DNA of 63,386 nt, the filler included, from Collodictyon triciliatum (lineage: Eukaryota), in assembly GCA_043381765.1 (NCBI GenBank). It is 5 parts of 5 records of this genome, joined end to end, with 100 filler letters (N's around TTAATTAATTAA, not from the genome) between each part and the next. Parts side by side here need not be neighbours in the genome. Positions count along the whole stretch, not along the records: positions 19,331 to 28,011 come from JBHJMP010000069.1; positions 28,112 to 48,302 come from JBHJMP010000071.1; 3 more parts are not named here. One strand, 5' to 3'. Below are positions 19,739 to 33,192 of this stretch, piece by piece. Position numbers and translations under genes: made by a program. The first letter of the stretch is position 1. Each line of letters opens with the position of its first letter. The notes below the pieces were generated by a model that was not told the DNA's origin, did no database searches, and was given only the letters and a program-made list of their open reading frames with translations.

Positions 19739-22366
19739 ATCCGTATAATGCAAACATTCGACCACCCAAATATTGTAAAATGTATCGACTTTTTCCACGA
19801 CAAAGCTGGAGGTATGCTTTGTCTAGTAATGGAATTTTGCAGTCGAGGTGATCTCCATGATTGTATCCAGCGACAAAATGGACAGCACTTTGTAGAAAGG
19901 GTACTTTGAGAGAAAAAAAAACATTACTTTCGTACTATATACGGAGATGATTAAATTTTATTTTGTTTACGATTATATATTATTTGGGATATTAGTAACA
20001 TCATATTATTTCATATACCCGTCTATTTTGAAATTTTCATACGTAATTCAACTTCTGAAATCACAGATGTGGTTGATTTTTACATATTGCGTAGGATATT
20101 CTTGTATGGTTCCACCAAATGTTGCTTGGGCTTGACTACATTCATAAAAACAAAGTTATTCATCGTGATATAAAGACAAAGAACATTTTCCTTACAAAAT
20201 TGAACATCGTAAAGATAGGTTCGTCTATTTTTTTCTAATTTTTTTTTGTTTGTTTAGATATTTTTTTTCATTTATTCATTCAAAGTGTTATTCGATTCAA
20301 AGTTGTTTGTTTAGATAATAATATTCTATAAATTTATATTATTCATATCAAAGAAATTACCTACCTTCCTAAACTGGTTTTTTGTGTGTTCCATCTGTGA
20401 ATTTCGTATATAATGAAAGGGAGAAGGGAGAGCAAGATTTTTAATTGAATTATTTCCAGGGGACTTTGGTTGCTCGCGAGTTCTGAAAACGATGGAGCTT
20501 GCAAAAACTGTATAGATCTCTTTTATTCATATTTTTCGATTATTTCATTGGAATATTGATACTGCTCAAGAATAAGTCTGGTAGATTTATTGAAGTTTAA
20601 GATATTAAGAAAGGGCTTATGAAATCTAATATGGTATATCTTTAGTTTGTTGGTACGCCTTGTTACATGGCACCGGAATTGGGTTCTGGAAAACCATATC
20701 CTTTTATTTGTATTTAAATCCAAATTGATTTCAAATTACATATGTTTCAATATTACTTCATCATTTGGTTTTTGCAAATAATCATTTCAACTTAACCTCG
20801 CCTACATATGATTACAAAACTGATGTGTGGGCTCTTGGGTGCGTTTTATATGAGCTCACTTCACTCAAGCCTCCGTTTAATGCACAGGTAACATATGATT
20901 AATTTTTTTTATCAACTATATTTCGTAGGGCTGTGTAAACTTTTTAACCATTTTGTTTTGAATGATGATGCAAAAAAAAAAACCAAGATTTTCTAACTTT
21001 TTTTTCTAGAATATATATTTGCTATCCAAAGCAATACGAAAGGGAATATATGACCCTATTCCTTCCCATTACAGCCACGATTTGGTTTATTTTAATGCAA
21101 TAATTTAAATATTGATTTATCTGGTTATACAATGTCGCTTTTAGAATTATTAAATCATTAATATCAATAGCATGAATTAGTCAATTCTATGATAAGTGTT
21201 AACCAAGACACACGGCCATCGATTGAAAAGATTCTTACTATGAAATTCATTAATCGAACTCTGGCAGATGTATATACTAGTTTAATCAGCCAAGCACAAA
21301 GAAATCTGTAAATCTCATTTCTAATTTAAAGCATATTTCTCTATTATTCGTTTTAAAATTAATATATACCCATACTAATCGGATGGCCATTCGGATGTAT
21401 TCATGGTGAAGTTTTCATGTTAATTCATGTGCGAATTATGTTAAAATATAAAATATACAGCGGTATAGAAGAATCAGCTGATTTTAGCGGTGTTTTTGTG
21501 TCAGAAGAAAAAAGTGTAGGATATCAGAACGCATGCTTCTATTTCTTTGTAATATTTATACTATGATATCTTTAAAACTGTATTTGAGGAATGGTCACTG
21601 TGTAGAAGCCGATTGATCTACTGGAGTCCGTTGGCGCGATGGTCCAAATAGTGGCTGATCGTAAAATTCAGGAAATCGAACAGAAAATTGGGGTAATGGA
21701 GGTTTTGTGTATCACCAAATTCATATAACTCAGAAAAATTATCTCCGGTTATTTTCTTTTTTTTTTTTTTCTCTTCATCCGATTCAAAAACATTCGGCTA
21801 TCCTTCAAATATTCTTGAATGATATACATATACTTTTATAACCAAAATCAAAATCAAGGAAGAGAACATAAAGGTGGAGGAAATCATGCACAAAGAGGAT
21901 TTCAGAAAAAGTGTTGTGATACCGTCATATGATAAAGTGAGGGAGTTGGAGAAGTCCTTGCCGCCTCTGCCTTCTGGGGATATTGGTTCCCTCAGAGAAA
22001 TTCCAACACCAGATGCTCCCTCGGCCCAATTGCAAAACCAACAGCATATTGATTTGCCAAGATCAACACAATCTGACAGCAGCCAGCCATCCACAAACGG
22101 ACTTTGCGAATACTCCGAACTCGAATCGCCCTTCTCGGATCAATCAGAGGCAGCAATTATCTCCCCGCAGCCACCAGCATCTCTCCCAGGGCGTACAAGT
22201 CCCAGGCCCAGAAACATGAGCCGAATCCGGCCATCACCGCCGCCAACGCCGCCACCAGGGAGTACAGCGCAAACACCACTATTTAAGAGTGCGCCCATCG
22301 CATCAATATCGGCACGTCGGTATCTTAAGGTGGACATATTCGCTCATTTGCACGGACTATGATTCA

Positions 22367-22464
<98 letters not shown>

Positions 22465-24806
22465 GATTATTATTATGATTATGATGATGATGATGATGAT
22501 GATTATCATCTCATATTCCCTTATATTCCCTCATATTCCCTCATATATATATTTCCATCCTATATATATATATATTTCCATCCTTTGCCAAACTGTGCAT
22601 CTTGTACACACTGTGGAATGCTCTTCCAACAGAAACAATTTGACGAGGAGCTGAAAGAACCTGAGATTCAGTTGCCGACATTTCAAGAGCAAGACCTTGG
22701 AGAACCTTTTCTTAATGTAGAATACCTCGAAGCGTAATAATTTTCAATACTTGTCTCAAAAAAAAATGACATATTCACCATACGGATTTTAATCCCTCCA
22801 CTTTACGATTCCTTTTCATATTTGTAACCACATGAATTATAAAATTGCCAGCTATGACCACTTCATGAATATTGTGCCTCTTATATATATATATATTGGT
22901 ACCATTTCTGAGGTCATAATGTTCCAATATCCAATATGGAGCTTTTTTTAAAAGTAACTTTAAAAAAATGGCATTTATCAAAGGGAACGAGAAGAAGTAT
23001 TGTGCGCGCAGAAACTGATAGAAAACTGCCTTGAGAAATTGATCCATCATCAATTAGAGCCCATTCAGGAGTCTCCATATGAACAGATCAAGTTAGAAGC
23101 GAAAAATTTGAAATATTATAAATCTCTCACTTTTCACAAGCAAATCGCCCTCAGAGATTAATTTTTGAAAGATAAATATTAAAAATCAATACTAATAATA
23201 ATGCAGTGCCAGGTTAGAGATCCTCCAGGAAGTAAGCGAAACTCCTAGAAAACCACAAGTAGTTGATGGCGAACAGCTTTTCGACAGTACAAACATGTAC
23301 CTTTCAATCATATAAGACTTACATGTTTTTATATAAATATGCCAACTATTTGTATTATGTTATTATTATTTTTTTATGGAAACTATATTCATTTATTTTT
23401 TCTATTTCATAATAATATTAGTGTCCCAGGCGACCAGGCAACTCCACCAAATAAGTCCGAGGAAACAGAGCTTTCCGCTCCTATCTCACATGTCCCAATC
23501 GACACTCTTTCTTCAACCATGAGCAAATCAAAATCATTGGATTTTTTACAAGATAGTGATAATGGTGACCAAGAAGATATGCAAACCCAGGGACAGAAAT
23601 TTTGTGTGCAAAGGACACCCCGGCCTCCATCCGAGCCGTGGTAAGCTGGGTCAACCGCCAAGCAAATCTCTATCATCTCAAGTTTGCAAGAGCTGTTGAA
23701 CATGCCATTCTCGTGGTCTTTAAATCAAGCCATTTTTTTCTTCTTTCTATGAATTTCAGTCCGGAAAACTCTCGACGGCCAAAACCTCCTCACCCCAGCA
23801 CCGACCCTCAAGACCAAAGGGTTATCAACACGCCTGTTCTACGCCGGGCATCTCGTTCAATTTCAAACGGTATCTCCGAAAAAAAAACATTTTATTTATT
23901 TAATAATCCTTCAAGGTTTATTATTGATGAGAACCTTTTGGCATGGTTGCTGTTGTCAATGCTATTTCACTTTGTATAACTGGAGGGAATGACGGAGGAA
24001 GAAGAAAAAAGCCATACAAAAACTAATTTTTTGTAACGATAATAATGATAAATGAAATAGGAAATCCCAAGCCTTCACTACCATCATCACACTCGCAACC
24101 ATCAGTAAACCAGGGAGACGAGCATCACGACGTGATATCCACAAAGATACTTGAAATACATCAGATTTCGAGACATGATGGTTTCCGATAGATTCCTTTT
24201 TCTTTCCTACTTTCATTTGTTAATGGTTAATTTGGAATATTAGCTACTTATATTCATATCCATATGAATCGATTGTCTTATTATTCACGAATCATCGCTA
24301 AAGGGATTATTTTTCAACAAATCGTAGACCCTAGAATTGAAGGTGTTCGCTTCCCTCCAATTGCAGTTCGCACTCCCATAACCCACAAACACTCTCAGGC
24401 ACTCCCTAGGGTTAAAAATTTTTAATATTTTTATCTAATTCATTGTAACCTTTTTAATGACAATAATCATAATTTATGAAAATTTCAACAACAAAAAAAA
24501 AAAAAAAAAAAATCATTTTTTTATTATCATCAATCAAAATCAAGATAACATTGCTCACACACATTACTCTCACAGATTATTGACAAGACAACAGACTTCA
24601 TCTCCGAATTGACCAGTAGATACAGTTAGACCGATTGAAACAAANNNNNNNNNNNNNNNNNNNNNNNNNNNNNNNNNNNNNNNNNNNNNNNNNNNNNNNN
24701 NNNNNNNNNNNNNNNNNNNNNNNNNNNNNNNNNNNNNNNNNNNNAAATTTTTAAATTTTTTTTATTAAATTTTTTAAAAATTTTTAAAAAAAAAAAAAAT
24801 AAATTA

Positions 24807-24839
<33 letters not shown>

Positions 24840-25087
24840 TCATCTTTGTGAGTGTGTATGTGAGTATGGGGAAAAAAAGAAGTTAAAATAGCTAAAATAA
24901 TGAGCTCCGCATGTTGTGAAGTACGGGCTATAGCGGCTCATCTTTCTTTTCTTTTTTTTTTTTTCAGAATAATTCGCCTTTGATACAGCGGCCGGACAGA
25001 GAACGGAGCCACTCAACGTCACATATACTTGAAAATACGCACCATAATCCTGTAATTCATCGTCACGCACCTCGCGTTAAAAACTGA
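19739..25087 (+). CDS. NIMA-related (NEK) kinase, 5'-truncated, with a long Pro/Ser-rich C-terminal region
   Basis: [96 protein letters not shown] and [12 protein letters not shown]. The C-terminal exons and the stop at 25085-25087 (beyond an N gap) are tentative. Confidence 0.88.
20261..20302 (-). mobile_element. Ultra-short retroposon-like insertion, copy 5 (two-unit; NEK intron)
   Basis: Plus-strand T8-CATTTATTCATTCAAAGTG-TTATTCGATTCAAAG between perfect 15-bp repeats TTGTTTGTTTAGATA at 20246-20260 and 20303-20317. Confidence 0.72.
20696..20805 (+). other. U12-type (minor spliceosome) AT-AC intron in the NEK gene
   Basis: 5' ATATCCTTT, branch-like CTTAAC at 20791-20796 and 3' TAC. Removal restores [11 protein letters not shown], and no AG acceptor is available. 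Confidence 0.9.
22367..22503. repeat. (ATT)n/(ATG)n microsatellite in a NEK intron
   Basis: Direct reading. Confidence 0.95.
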
Positions 25088-25558
25088 TACCTGTATTAAA
25101 GATTCTTTGACTTCCAAATCGACGCCTTATCATATGTTATTGTAGAGGCCCACATAACGCCATTTGCAATATTCCAGAGATTTTCTTCTATCTTCTACTA
25201 CATTTTGTTTTCCTTTGTCCGAGAGATGATAATGATAGAAAAATATGTAAGCAGTTCAACTCCCATATACAAATAAATGCTATTTTATAACTCTGCATTG
25301 GTGTATGAGTGTGGTGCAATTACACTAAAGTAATGCAAGTATATGATAGTGGCGCATTTGGTAATGACGTTTGTTATATTTTAATTCCAAGTTGTACTGA
25401 AAAATGTTGAGAAATAAGATTAGTATACTTATACACATAATTACCACACTGTGATAAAGCTTTTAGCTTCCATTTCTTTCTTTCTTTCTTTTTTTTTTAT
25501 TCTAACTTGTGTTGGCGGTCTTCAGTATGTTCCGATTCTTCATTTTACCTGACCTACT

Positions 25559-27332
25559 TTATTGGTTTTTCTCCGAGGACTTTTTTCGACTGGGATAACC
25601 AACCAAGTAAGTAACATTCCACCCTGGAAGATATCGCGATATTGGCCTGCGTCCTACTTTCCATATGTACTCCACATCCCCGTAATCCAGTTCTTCCAAG
25701 AGATCCCACATTTCATCTGCAGAATAGGACCGCAAACAACTGATGAACCCATCTACAGTCTATTCACATCCATTTTCACAAGCGGGTTCCACGCTTAAGG
25801 TATTGAAATAAAAGTAATGATGACAAAACTGAAAGTGACACTAATTAAAGAAATCAAAATGGTAAGATAAATTTGTATTTGAATACAAACCAAGATAAAC
25901 GGAATGACGGGGATGATGTATGTAAAAAAATATTGTTGAATTCCAAATCTACTCTGAAATGGAGATGAAACCAAACAGAACAGTGGTGTCACAATGAGAG
26001 ACATCAATATATTGTATATTCTCCTTTCAGTGAATTCAAACACAGCGATTCCTTGACGATTATCAACAGCATTCTGATAAAAAAAAATCCATTTACAAGG
26101 GAAAACGCCCCAATTTTTTGTATTTATTTTGCTTCTTTGTTGAGATATTTGACGAGTTTTTAAAAAAAAAATTTAAAAATCGGAATAACTACAAAGGAAA
26201 AATTGAGCATGAAAAGAAATCCTGAAAATCATGCTAAATATGTGTGTAATGTTTAATCCTACCTGAATGACTTTGCAAGCATATTTGGGCTCAAACATAT
26301 GGAAGGAATTGAATAAGGTCCTGACTCCATTCAAATCCCTACAAGACGGTAACAGCTCAACGTTTCCATTTTTATTTAAACATCACATAGAAGCAACAAT
26401 TCAGAAAAACGGGAATGGAAAAAAAAAACATATGTGATGTATTATAAAATCTTTGATTCGTGTATATATATCATCGATTCTTCTTCAATTCGAGAAATAG
26501 AGGTGAGGTAATATGATTGATATGCAAGTTGATAGGAAGTAGCAAATTTGATGTAAGGACTCTATAATAACTTTGGAACATCCGCAGCGTCGATTGAATG
26601 TTCAATAGATTTTATTTTCCCTCCGGATTCTTTTCTAATATGTTGAAAAGCACTTATGTTTGGACGCAAGTCAGTCAGGATGAACTATTGGCGCGTTTTG
26701 ATTAGTCGAAAATCAACAATTCTACATGGTTATTAATAAGCAAAAGCAAAGGCAAATAATTCAGTTAACCAGATATGTGTATAGGTATATATATGAACAA
26801 AGAAAGTGAAAAGAAAACTCGAGTTGATATCAAGTAGTAAGGGTAGGTTTGATACAAATTATTGATAAGCTTATGGTATCCTACATCTACTCCTCGCTCG
26901 TTAACGTGAAGAATCTGTTGCAATTTTTTCAAGGGTCCGGATGCACCGGAGCACAAGTCGATGACTGTGTTTGATTCACACTCTTTCAGCATCTAAGATT
27001 TTCCAAGGTTGTTAGGCGTGATAGTGATACATACAAAAGATGAAGAAAAAACAAATTATAGCTTCTTTTTATTCAGTTTTTTTTAATGATTTTAATGATG
27101 ATTATTTTGGAGATCCAATAAAGTTGGAAAAATGACATTGTAGCATGAATCAAAAATATTTTCCTTCCATATCATTGCACGCATTACGAGTTTCAAGCAA
27201 AATAACCGCATACCTCAGTCAATAGTGGCGTAATGATCTTGATACAGATGGTGCGATTAGGTTTTGGATTAGCATGTTTTTTATGATAACCATCTTGCAA
27301 ATAATTCATTTATTCTTCTTTTCAATCTCGCA

Positions 27333-27410
<78 letters not shown>

Positions 27411-27815
27411 AATAAAATATAATAATAATAACAATAACAATACTAATAATAGTTAAGACATCTAAAAACTTTGCCTTAGAGAAAATCCCAGAGTGACATA
27501 TACCCTCGTGTGGGACAAAAGAAAAAAATCAAGCAAAAGCAAGATACGAGTTAATTGGCAAGTTAACCGAGGAAACTTAAGCCCAGAATATACAAGGCTC
27601 GACTAGTATCTTACCTGATAAGGGGCGGAAAGGAAGTGAGAAATAAGAGGTAAAATCCACATCATGGATAAAGTAGAGTTGATAAACTCTCTCCAGGAAG
27701 CTGGGAGGAAGCTCAAGTCTTGAATTGCAAATAGTTGCCACCGCTTCATTGACCTGTGCATTGGACAAGTCAGTAGTTGGGTGCGTATATACCCGAAAGA
27801 GTCTTTTGCGACCAT
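25559..27815 (-). CDS. Uncharacterised class I SAM-dependent methyltransferase-like protein with a hydrophobic C-terminal part, 7 exons
   Basis: KRWQLFAIQD; VIDLCSGASGP (motif I-like); FILTDLRPN; IDAADVP; GVRTLFNSFHMF; NAVDNRQGIAVFEFTER; FFTYIIPVIPFIL|TVDGFISCLRSYS. All introns are GT-AG, with a 24-nt exon at 27214-27237. Confidence 0.75.
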
Positions 27816-28055
27816 CCTGATCGAACAGAGCAGGAGGCAGGCAAATGATATGTCATAGAACAACTAAATTAATCTTATTTGAAGATTGGGTTGTTTATCT
27901 GTTGTTGTTTTTTTTTTATTTTGTTTTTATTTTGTTTTTATTTTGTTTTTATTTTGTTTTTATTTTGTTTTTATTTTGTTTTTATTTTGTTTTTATTTTG
28001 TTTTTATTTTGNNNNNNNNNNNNNNNNNNNNNNNNNNNNNNNNNNNNNNNNNNNN

Positions 28056-28067
28056 TTAATTAATTAA
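28056..28067. other. Artificial six-frame-stop contig linker
   Basis: N44-TTAATTAATTAA-N44. Confidence 0.95.
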
Positions 28068-28111
28068 NNNNNNNNNNNNNNNNNNNNNNNNNNNNNNNNN
28101 NNNNNNNNNNN

Positions 28112-28184
<73 letters not shown>

Positions 28185-30548
28185 GAGGAGTATCACAAAA
28201 TATATCGACTAAGGATTTTTTTGATTCGCCGAATAGAAAAAAATTCGAATACATGACTTGTGGAAATGGGGATTTCAAATGAAAATTATTGAAGGACTGT
28301 GTCCAGCTAGGTGGTTTTAGTGGAAGGATTTTTTTTGTAGGATTCAAATCGTGAGGACTCTGTGATAAAGAATGACATGCAGTCTATATCAGCGGCTTGT
28401 TACCTTCGATTTCTATGGAACTGTAATGAAGCTGGCTGTAGCCTGCAAGGGGATTTGAATTCGTGTGGGAATGGATACAGACCATATAAGAAGGGTTAGG
28501 AGGCGTGGATATGACCGTCCTGCCGCGATAAAGGATTCCACTTGGGGTGTGTCGGTCGCTCTTCTATGTGGTGTGTTTGTGGACAGGGTGAGTACTTTCT
28601 GTTGTCTGCAAAGAACCCTCAACTGAACAATATGATAGAGGGGAAAGAAGAAAAAAGAAAGAAGAGGGACATGCCAGGAGTTGTCGGGTTAGTGAGGGCG
28701 TGATGTACCTGAAGGATGACGGGAAGCTTGGAAAATCGAAAGGCAGAGGCATCCCTACGACCATGCAAAACAGAACACGCATCCACCCCGGGGTTGACTT
28801 CAGTCGCACAAGAATGCACAGAATGGCTGGGTGGTGCCCTATGAGTGATTTTCTGGGAGCGGAATATCCCTTCTTGTGCAGGAGAAACTCTCCTACACTT
28901 GAATGCGCGCATGCCTGCAAGATGTGCGGCTCTTGAGTGCCTGGAATAGGAATTCGGTTTTGTGCCGGCAGCAAAAGTGGGTGGCAGTTTCAAGTAACCC
29001 TCTACGCCGCCCTCGCCTTGGAGGACCATCTCTTGGGCACAAGCATTAAGTTTGCCCTTCTGCAGGGCAGCCACCCCAGTTTTCGAGCGCTGGAAAATAC
29101 GCGGCAACTCATCTTTCTCTCGAGTGTACACAAGAAATTAGAACAGGTTTACACCCTGCGTGTTTCGGGGTAAATTTTACCTTTGTGGTGGTGTCGGTAT
29201 ATATTCCAGAACTGGAAACAGGTATGGTGACATAAGTTTTCGTCATCAATAAAATTGGAAAATATATTTTTTAAATTTTATAAAGAAATGATATTGTCTA
29301 AATTTCTAAATTACATGATTTTACTACCATTAAATGCATATATATAATGCAACATCAGGAAACTCAATCTGTGGAGTACCGTATATTTAAAAATGGCATT
29401 TCTAATTGCGTCTGGTTTGTTCGTTTCCTTATTGGAAAGATAAAGTTATCGGCTGCTCTAGGTTGGATTAATATGGATTTGTTGTGATAGGTGCAAATTG
29501 GATTGGATTGTTGATAGCCCTCGTGTCGGGCGTTGGATGGACAGAAAAGTGTGCCGGATTTTGCATTTTGTGTGCTGCTCAAGAAATGTAAGGAATATTA
29601 AGAATGGAGAAAAGTGGGAATTGCGTCGCTGGCCATCCCCAAAAGACTCTCATTCCAAAAATGTTTCTAGGCGCTTTGGATTTGTGTGAAGCCGAAGAGC
29701 AGCAAAGGGCTAAGGGTTCATTTCAAGCCAACAAGCAAAACAGATGGCATTTGTGATTTTTTAAACGAGACGGCCGAGGTTTTGAAATGAAGATGTGTTT
29801 CACCGATGGTAAAGAGGCTGGTATAAGTTGGTGGATGGGAGCGGCAAGTGGAAATCCTGCCAATTGTTGCAGAAATCCTTACGTGCCACACAAGTGTCTT
29901 CTCTTCAGTCTCATGTATGGGGTGGGTGTGTCTTTCGAAATCGAACCTCTGGCTATTTTCACTTCGCGGGATTCCTTTCAAAACCTGTATCTTTACAGAA
30001 GCCCCTGAACACAGAACTATCTCACGGAGCCCCAGGGATAGGTTTAGTTATCGACGGAGAAATGGTCTTTGCTTCACACCATACGGTCGTGCCGAGATGG
30101 TTGTCAACAGCCCATGAAAATTTGCGATTCCATGGCTTCTGGCGGCCTATATCACACAGACCATTTGTCACTGGCGCGTTTAGTTCATTACCAAAAGGAC
30201 CTAGCATCAACCTTGCTTATTCCGATAGGCGACACTTCCACCGCATACGTGATGAAAAGAAAGCAACAGGCAGACAGGGAACATCGCCACCCAAGATATC
30301 AAATTACTTAGCCAGCACCCTCAAAAGCCTTTTGCTCGCTCTAAGTGGTACGATTGATTGATTTTTATATAATGCCCCTTTTTTTTGCATCTGTGTAGTG
30401 CGGAAGTAAAGGAAGTAAGAGACAGAGAAAGAGAATAAACGATGGCTGGGTTGACCAGTGTATTTCCCTAGCCTAAGATAGAATCGCACAGCACACGGTC
30501 TAACCTATGAACGATGAGAGAAGAAAAACACAAGAACTAAAGGTAAGG

Positions 30549-31251
30549 TTAAGATTCCTGAGGAGAGCTGCGAAGAGAGCGACAAAAATCATCTTTCTCC
30601 TGGGGCGTTTTGTCTCTCCACAGGCGACCCAGTAGAGCTGTGACTTCGCGGTGAGTCAGGCGTGGATGGGCTGTGCGGACAGCCTCTCTTTGTGCCAAGC
30701 AGAAGAGGATATATGAATTGGGGGTCTTCTTCTTGATGGGCTTGGCAGTCTTTTGTTGAATCCAACGCCATGACCGTGGGGCAGTACCATCTCCTAGGTG
30801 AGCCTACAATAATATATATATGAGAGGAATGTAGCCAAAGACACACGTTGATATCGGCCTGAAGGAGGTTCTCATCCACAAGGGAAGCGATTCTCACATG
30901 GTGGTATTCAATTCGTGGAAGCACAGCAGAAGGACTGATTCTTTCGACAGCCGCGCTCGATGATGAGGTAGAAGAGGTAGAAGAGGCAGAAGAGGCTGAC
31001 GATTCCGATTCGCGTTCTGTAACGGAATGGGGATTGACAAGCAGCATGAGCAAGGATTCTGGCGTGGAAACTTTGCCGCAGTGGCTTTGGGGTGGCTGGA
31101 TGCTTGTGAACCCACGCAAATCGGTCTCCGATCCTGTGGCTGTGGACTCTATCTCGGTGCAGCCTCTCATGCTTGGCGCATCCCCATTCAGCTTTGTACA
31201 GACAACTTGCGGCAGCGATGGCTCTGGGTTCAAGATGCGGTGCAAGTCCAT
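30549..31251 (-). CDS. HMG-box DNA-binding protein (exons 31251-30847 and 30803-30549)
   Basis: Removing a 43-nt GT-AG intron (30846-30804) shifts the frame to KKKTPNSYILFCLAQREAVRTAHPRLTHREVTALLGRLWRDKTPQEKDDF, an HMG-box pattern. The N-terminus is Ser-rich and begins MDLHRILNP. Confidence 0.8.
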
Positions 31252-32766
31252 AGTATGCTTGTAGTGTCAGATTCTTCTGTTGCCTGTAATTGTGCTGGGT
31301 GCTCAGTGAGTGCTAAAGAAATATCATTGGTGGTGGGGCGGTTGTCTCTGGAGCGCAATGGTCTAGTTGTTTGTTTGTTTGGTTGGTTGGTTGTTTGGGT
31401 GTTTTGTCGTCGCCTCACAACTACAAGCAGGTCCAGCAACAAGTGCTTGCCTTCACCTTTGCCGAGGTAATAAATACCTTTGGCGTCATATGACATTTGC
31501 GTCCGTCCGCTCGAGCTCTTTTTTTTTCTTTTCTTTTTAACATAAATTTTAATTTGCGTTTGTTTTGCCCCATTTCATTTTGTCCAAGTCGCTTTTCTGT
31601 CTTCATCCAAGTTTTTTCCTGATTGGGGTTTATCCATATTAGAAAAAGGGAAAAGAAAAATGAAGGGGGACTTTTCGTATTTTTCAAAGAACAAAGCTTG
31701 CATTTCCCATTTATTGGAAAAAATTTGGTTTTTTCTCTATTTTTTTTTCATTTTGCAATAACAAAGAAAAAATTTAGTTTTTTGACCGATTAGAAAAACA
31801 TATAATTCCTTCTCTTTTTGGGTGCCTCAACGTTGAAATCAAATCAACACACAAGAGCAACAAACACACAAATAGGCAAAGACCAGTGCGAGTCCAAAGA
31901 TGGGCAAAGCAGTTATTCCACATCTAGAAATCACACGTGGTTGATTTTGGATTTGGCTCTGGTGTCCCTGTCCAGGGTGGAAACTTTGCCTGCAAGATTG
32001 ACTTGGGCGACTGCAGTCGTTAAAGGCGCTAGGATATAAGAGCATATGACTTTCTTGTGAAAGAAATTTATCTCAATGGTGCGTGCTCCATGTCTGAATG
32101 CACACGACGTTCTCATTGTGTGACTTAATGGCGTGCGTTACTAGTCAAAAATAAATTCCACAAATTACCCAAATCATGAATTTGCATATGCGGAATTTAT
32201 TAATTAAATTAATAAGATATACGTTTGTGCAGTTATATTCTTTTTAATACAAACATATCAATAAAAATTATATAAAATTTAATATAATATTCAGTCAGCA
32301 AAACCGGTGAAATCTATAGCAACCTGGGGTTTCAGGCCACAACGACTTCATTTTTCTGGGGCTAATAGGAGGGGAGGGTGTACGAGTATTTAGCAGTTTA
32401 AGTATTTTTTCACTGAAAGGCTACGCTGACTATCATTCTTGCTAAAGGGACACCAGGGTGTCTCCACCGGTCATAATCCAAGCTTTTTTTCATTATGAAT
32501 TTCATCCCGCCAAAACCCATCCGGCTGGAAGTCAAGATACACAAAGCCCTATGGCACGGACGAATCAAAGCCCAGGTACATAATGCCTAGCATCGGCGAG
32601 CGCGTCATGACGAGTCTGTGGGGGCGGTCGAGCGATTCCAAGCAGGCAGACAATATCAAGTCTGCCTGTGGTGGACATTGCACTCCGCCCGACCTTGTCG
32701 ATGCGACTGACAACACATACAACACATAGAACCAGAGAATCTCAGAGCACAAAGAAACAACTGCTT

Positions 32767-32867
32767 GACAAAGACAAAGACAAAGACAAAGACAAAGACA
32801 AAGACAAAGACAAAGACAAAGACAAAGACAAAGACAAAGACAAAGACAAAGACAAAGACAAAGACAA
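32767..32867. repeat. (GACAAA)n microsatellite upstream of the ATPase
   Basis: Direct reading. Confidence 0.95.
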
Positions 32868-33192
32868 GGACAAAGGGTGACGCTGCGGCACAAGCCTGCC
32901 CCTAAGCGAGTGCCCCTGCGCAATCAACACATAAACACAAACGCACAGACACACATACACGCAGAGAATAGACGCCAGCTCATCCCTTTCCCTTTCCTGA
33001 GTCACGCTCTGCCCCGGCCAAGTCGCCCCCCTTTTTATTGGCACAAGGCCTTGCTCCCAGCAAAGCTGGGTCTATTCCTCGCCTACCCATATACCCGCAC
33101 ACATTCACACCCACTCACACACCGTCTCTTGTACGGAGACAGAGACAAGCAAACCCCCTCTAAGTCACAGACTTAACCGGCAGGACACAGCC

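Noticed and set aside
28700-29173. Two same-frame ORFs separated by TGA after C-G-S, resembling a CxxU selenoprotein motif
   Set aside because: The flanking sequence shows no Rdx/SelW-like pattern and I cannot identify a SECIS element. Chance is the simpler explanation; SECISearch plus homologues with Cys at that position would be needed.
32668-32880. ORF with (DK)n and opposite-strand (CL)n/(SL)n repeats
   Set aside because: Product of the (GACAAA)n microsatellite, with no splice or motif support.
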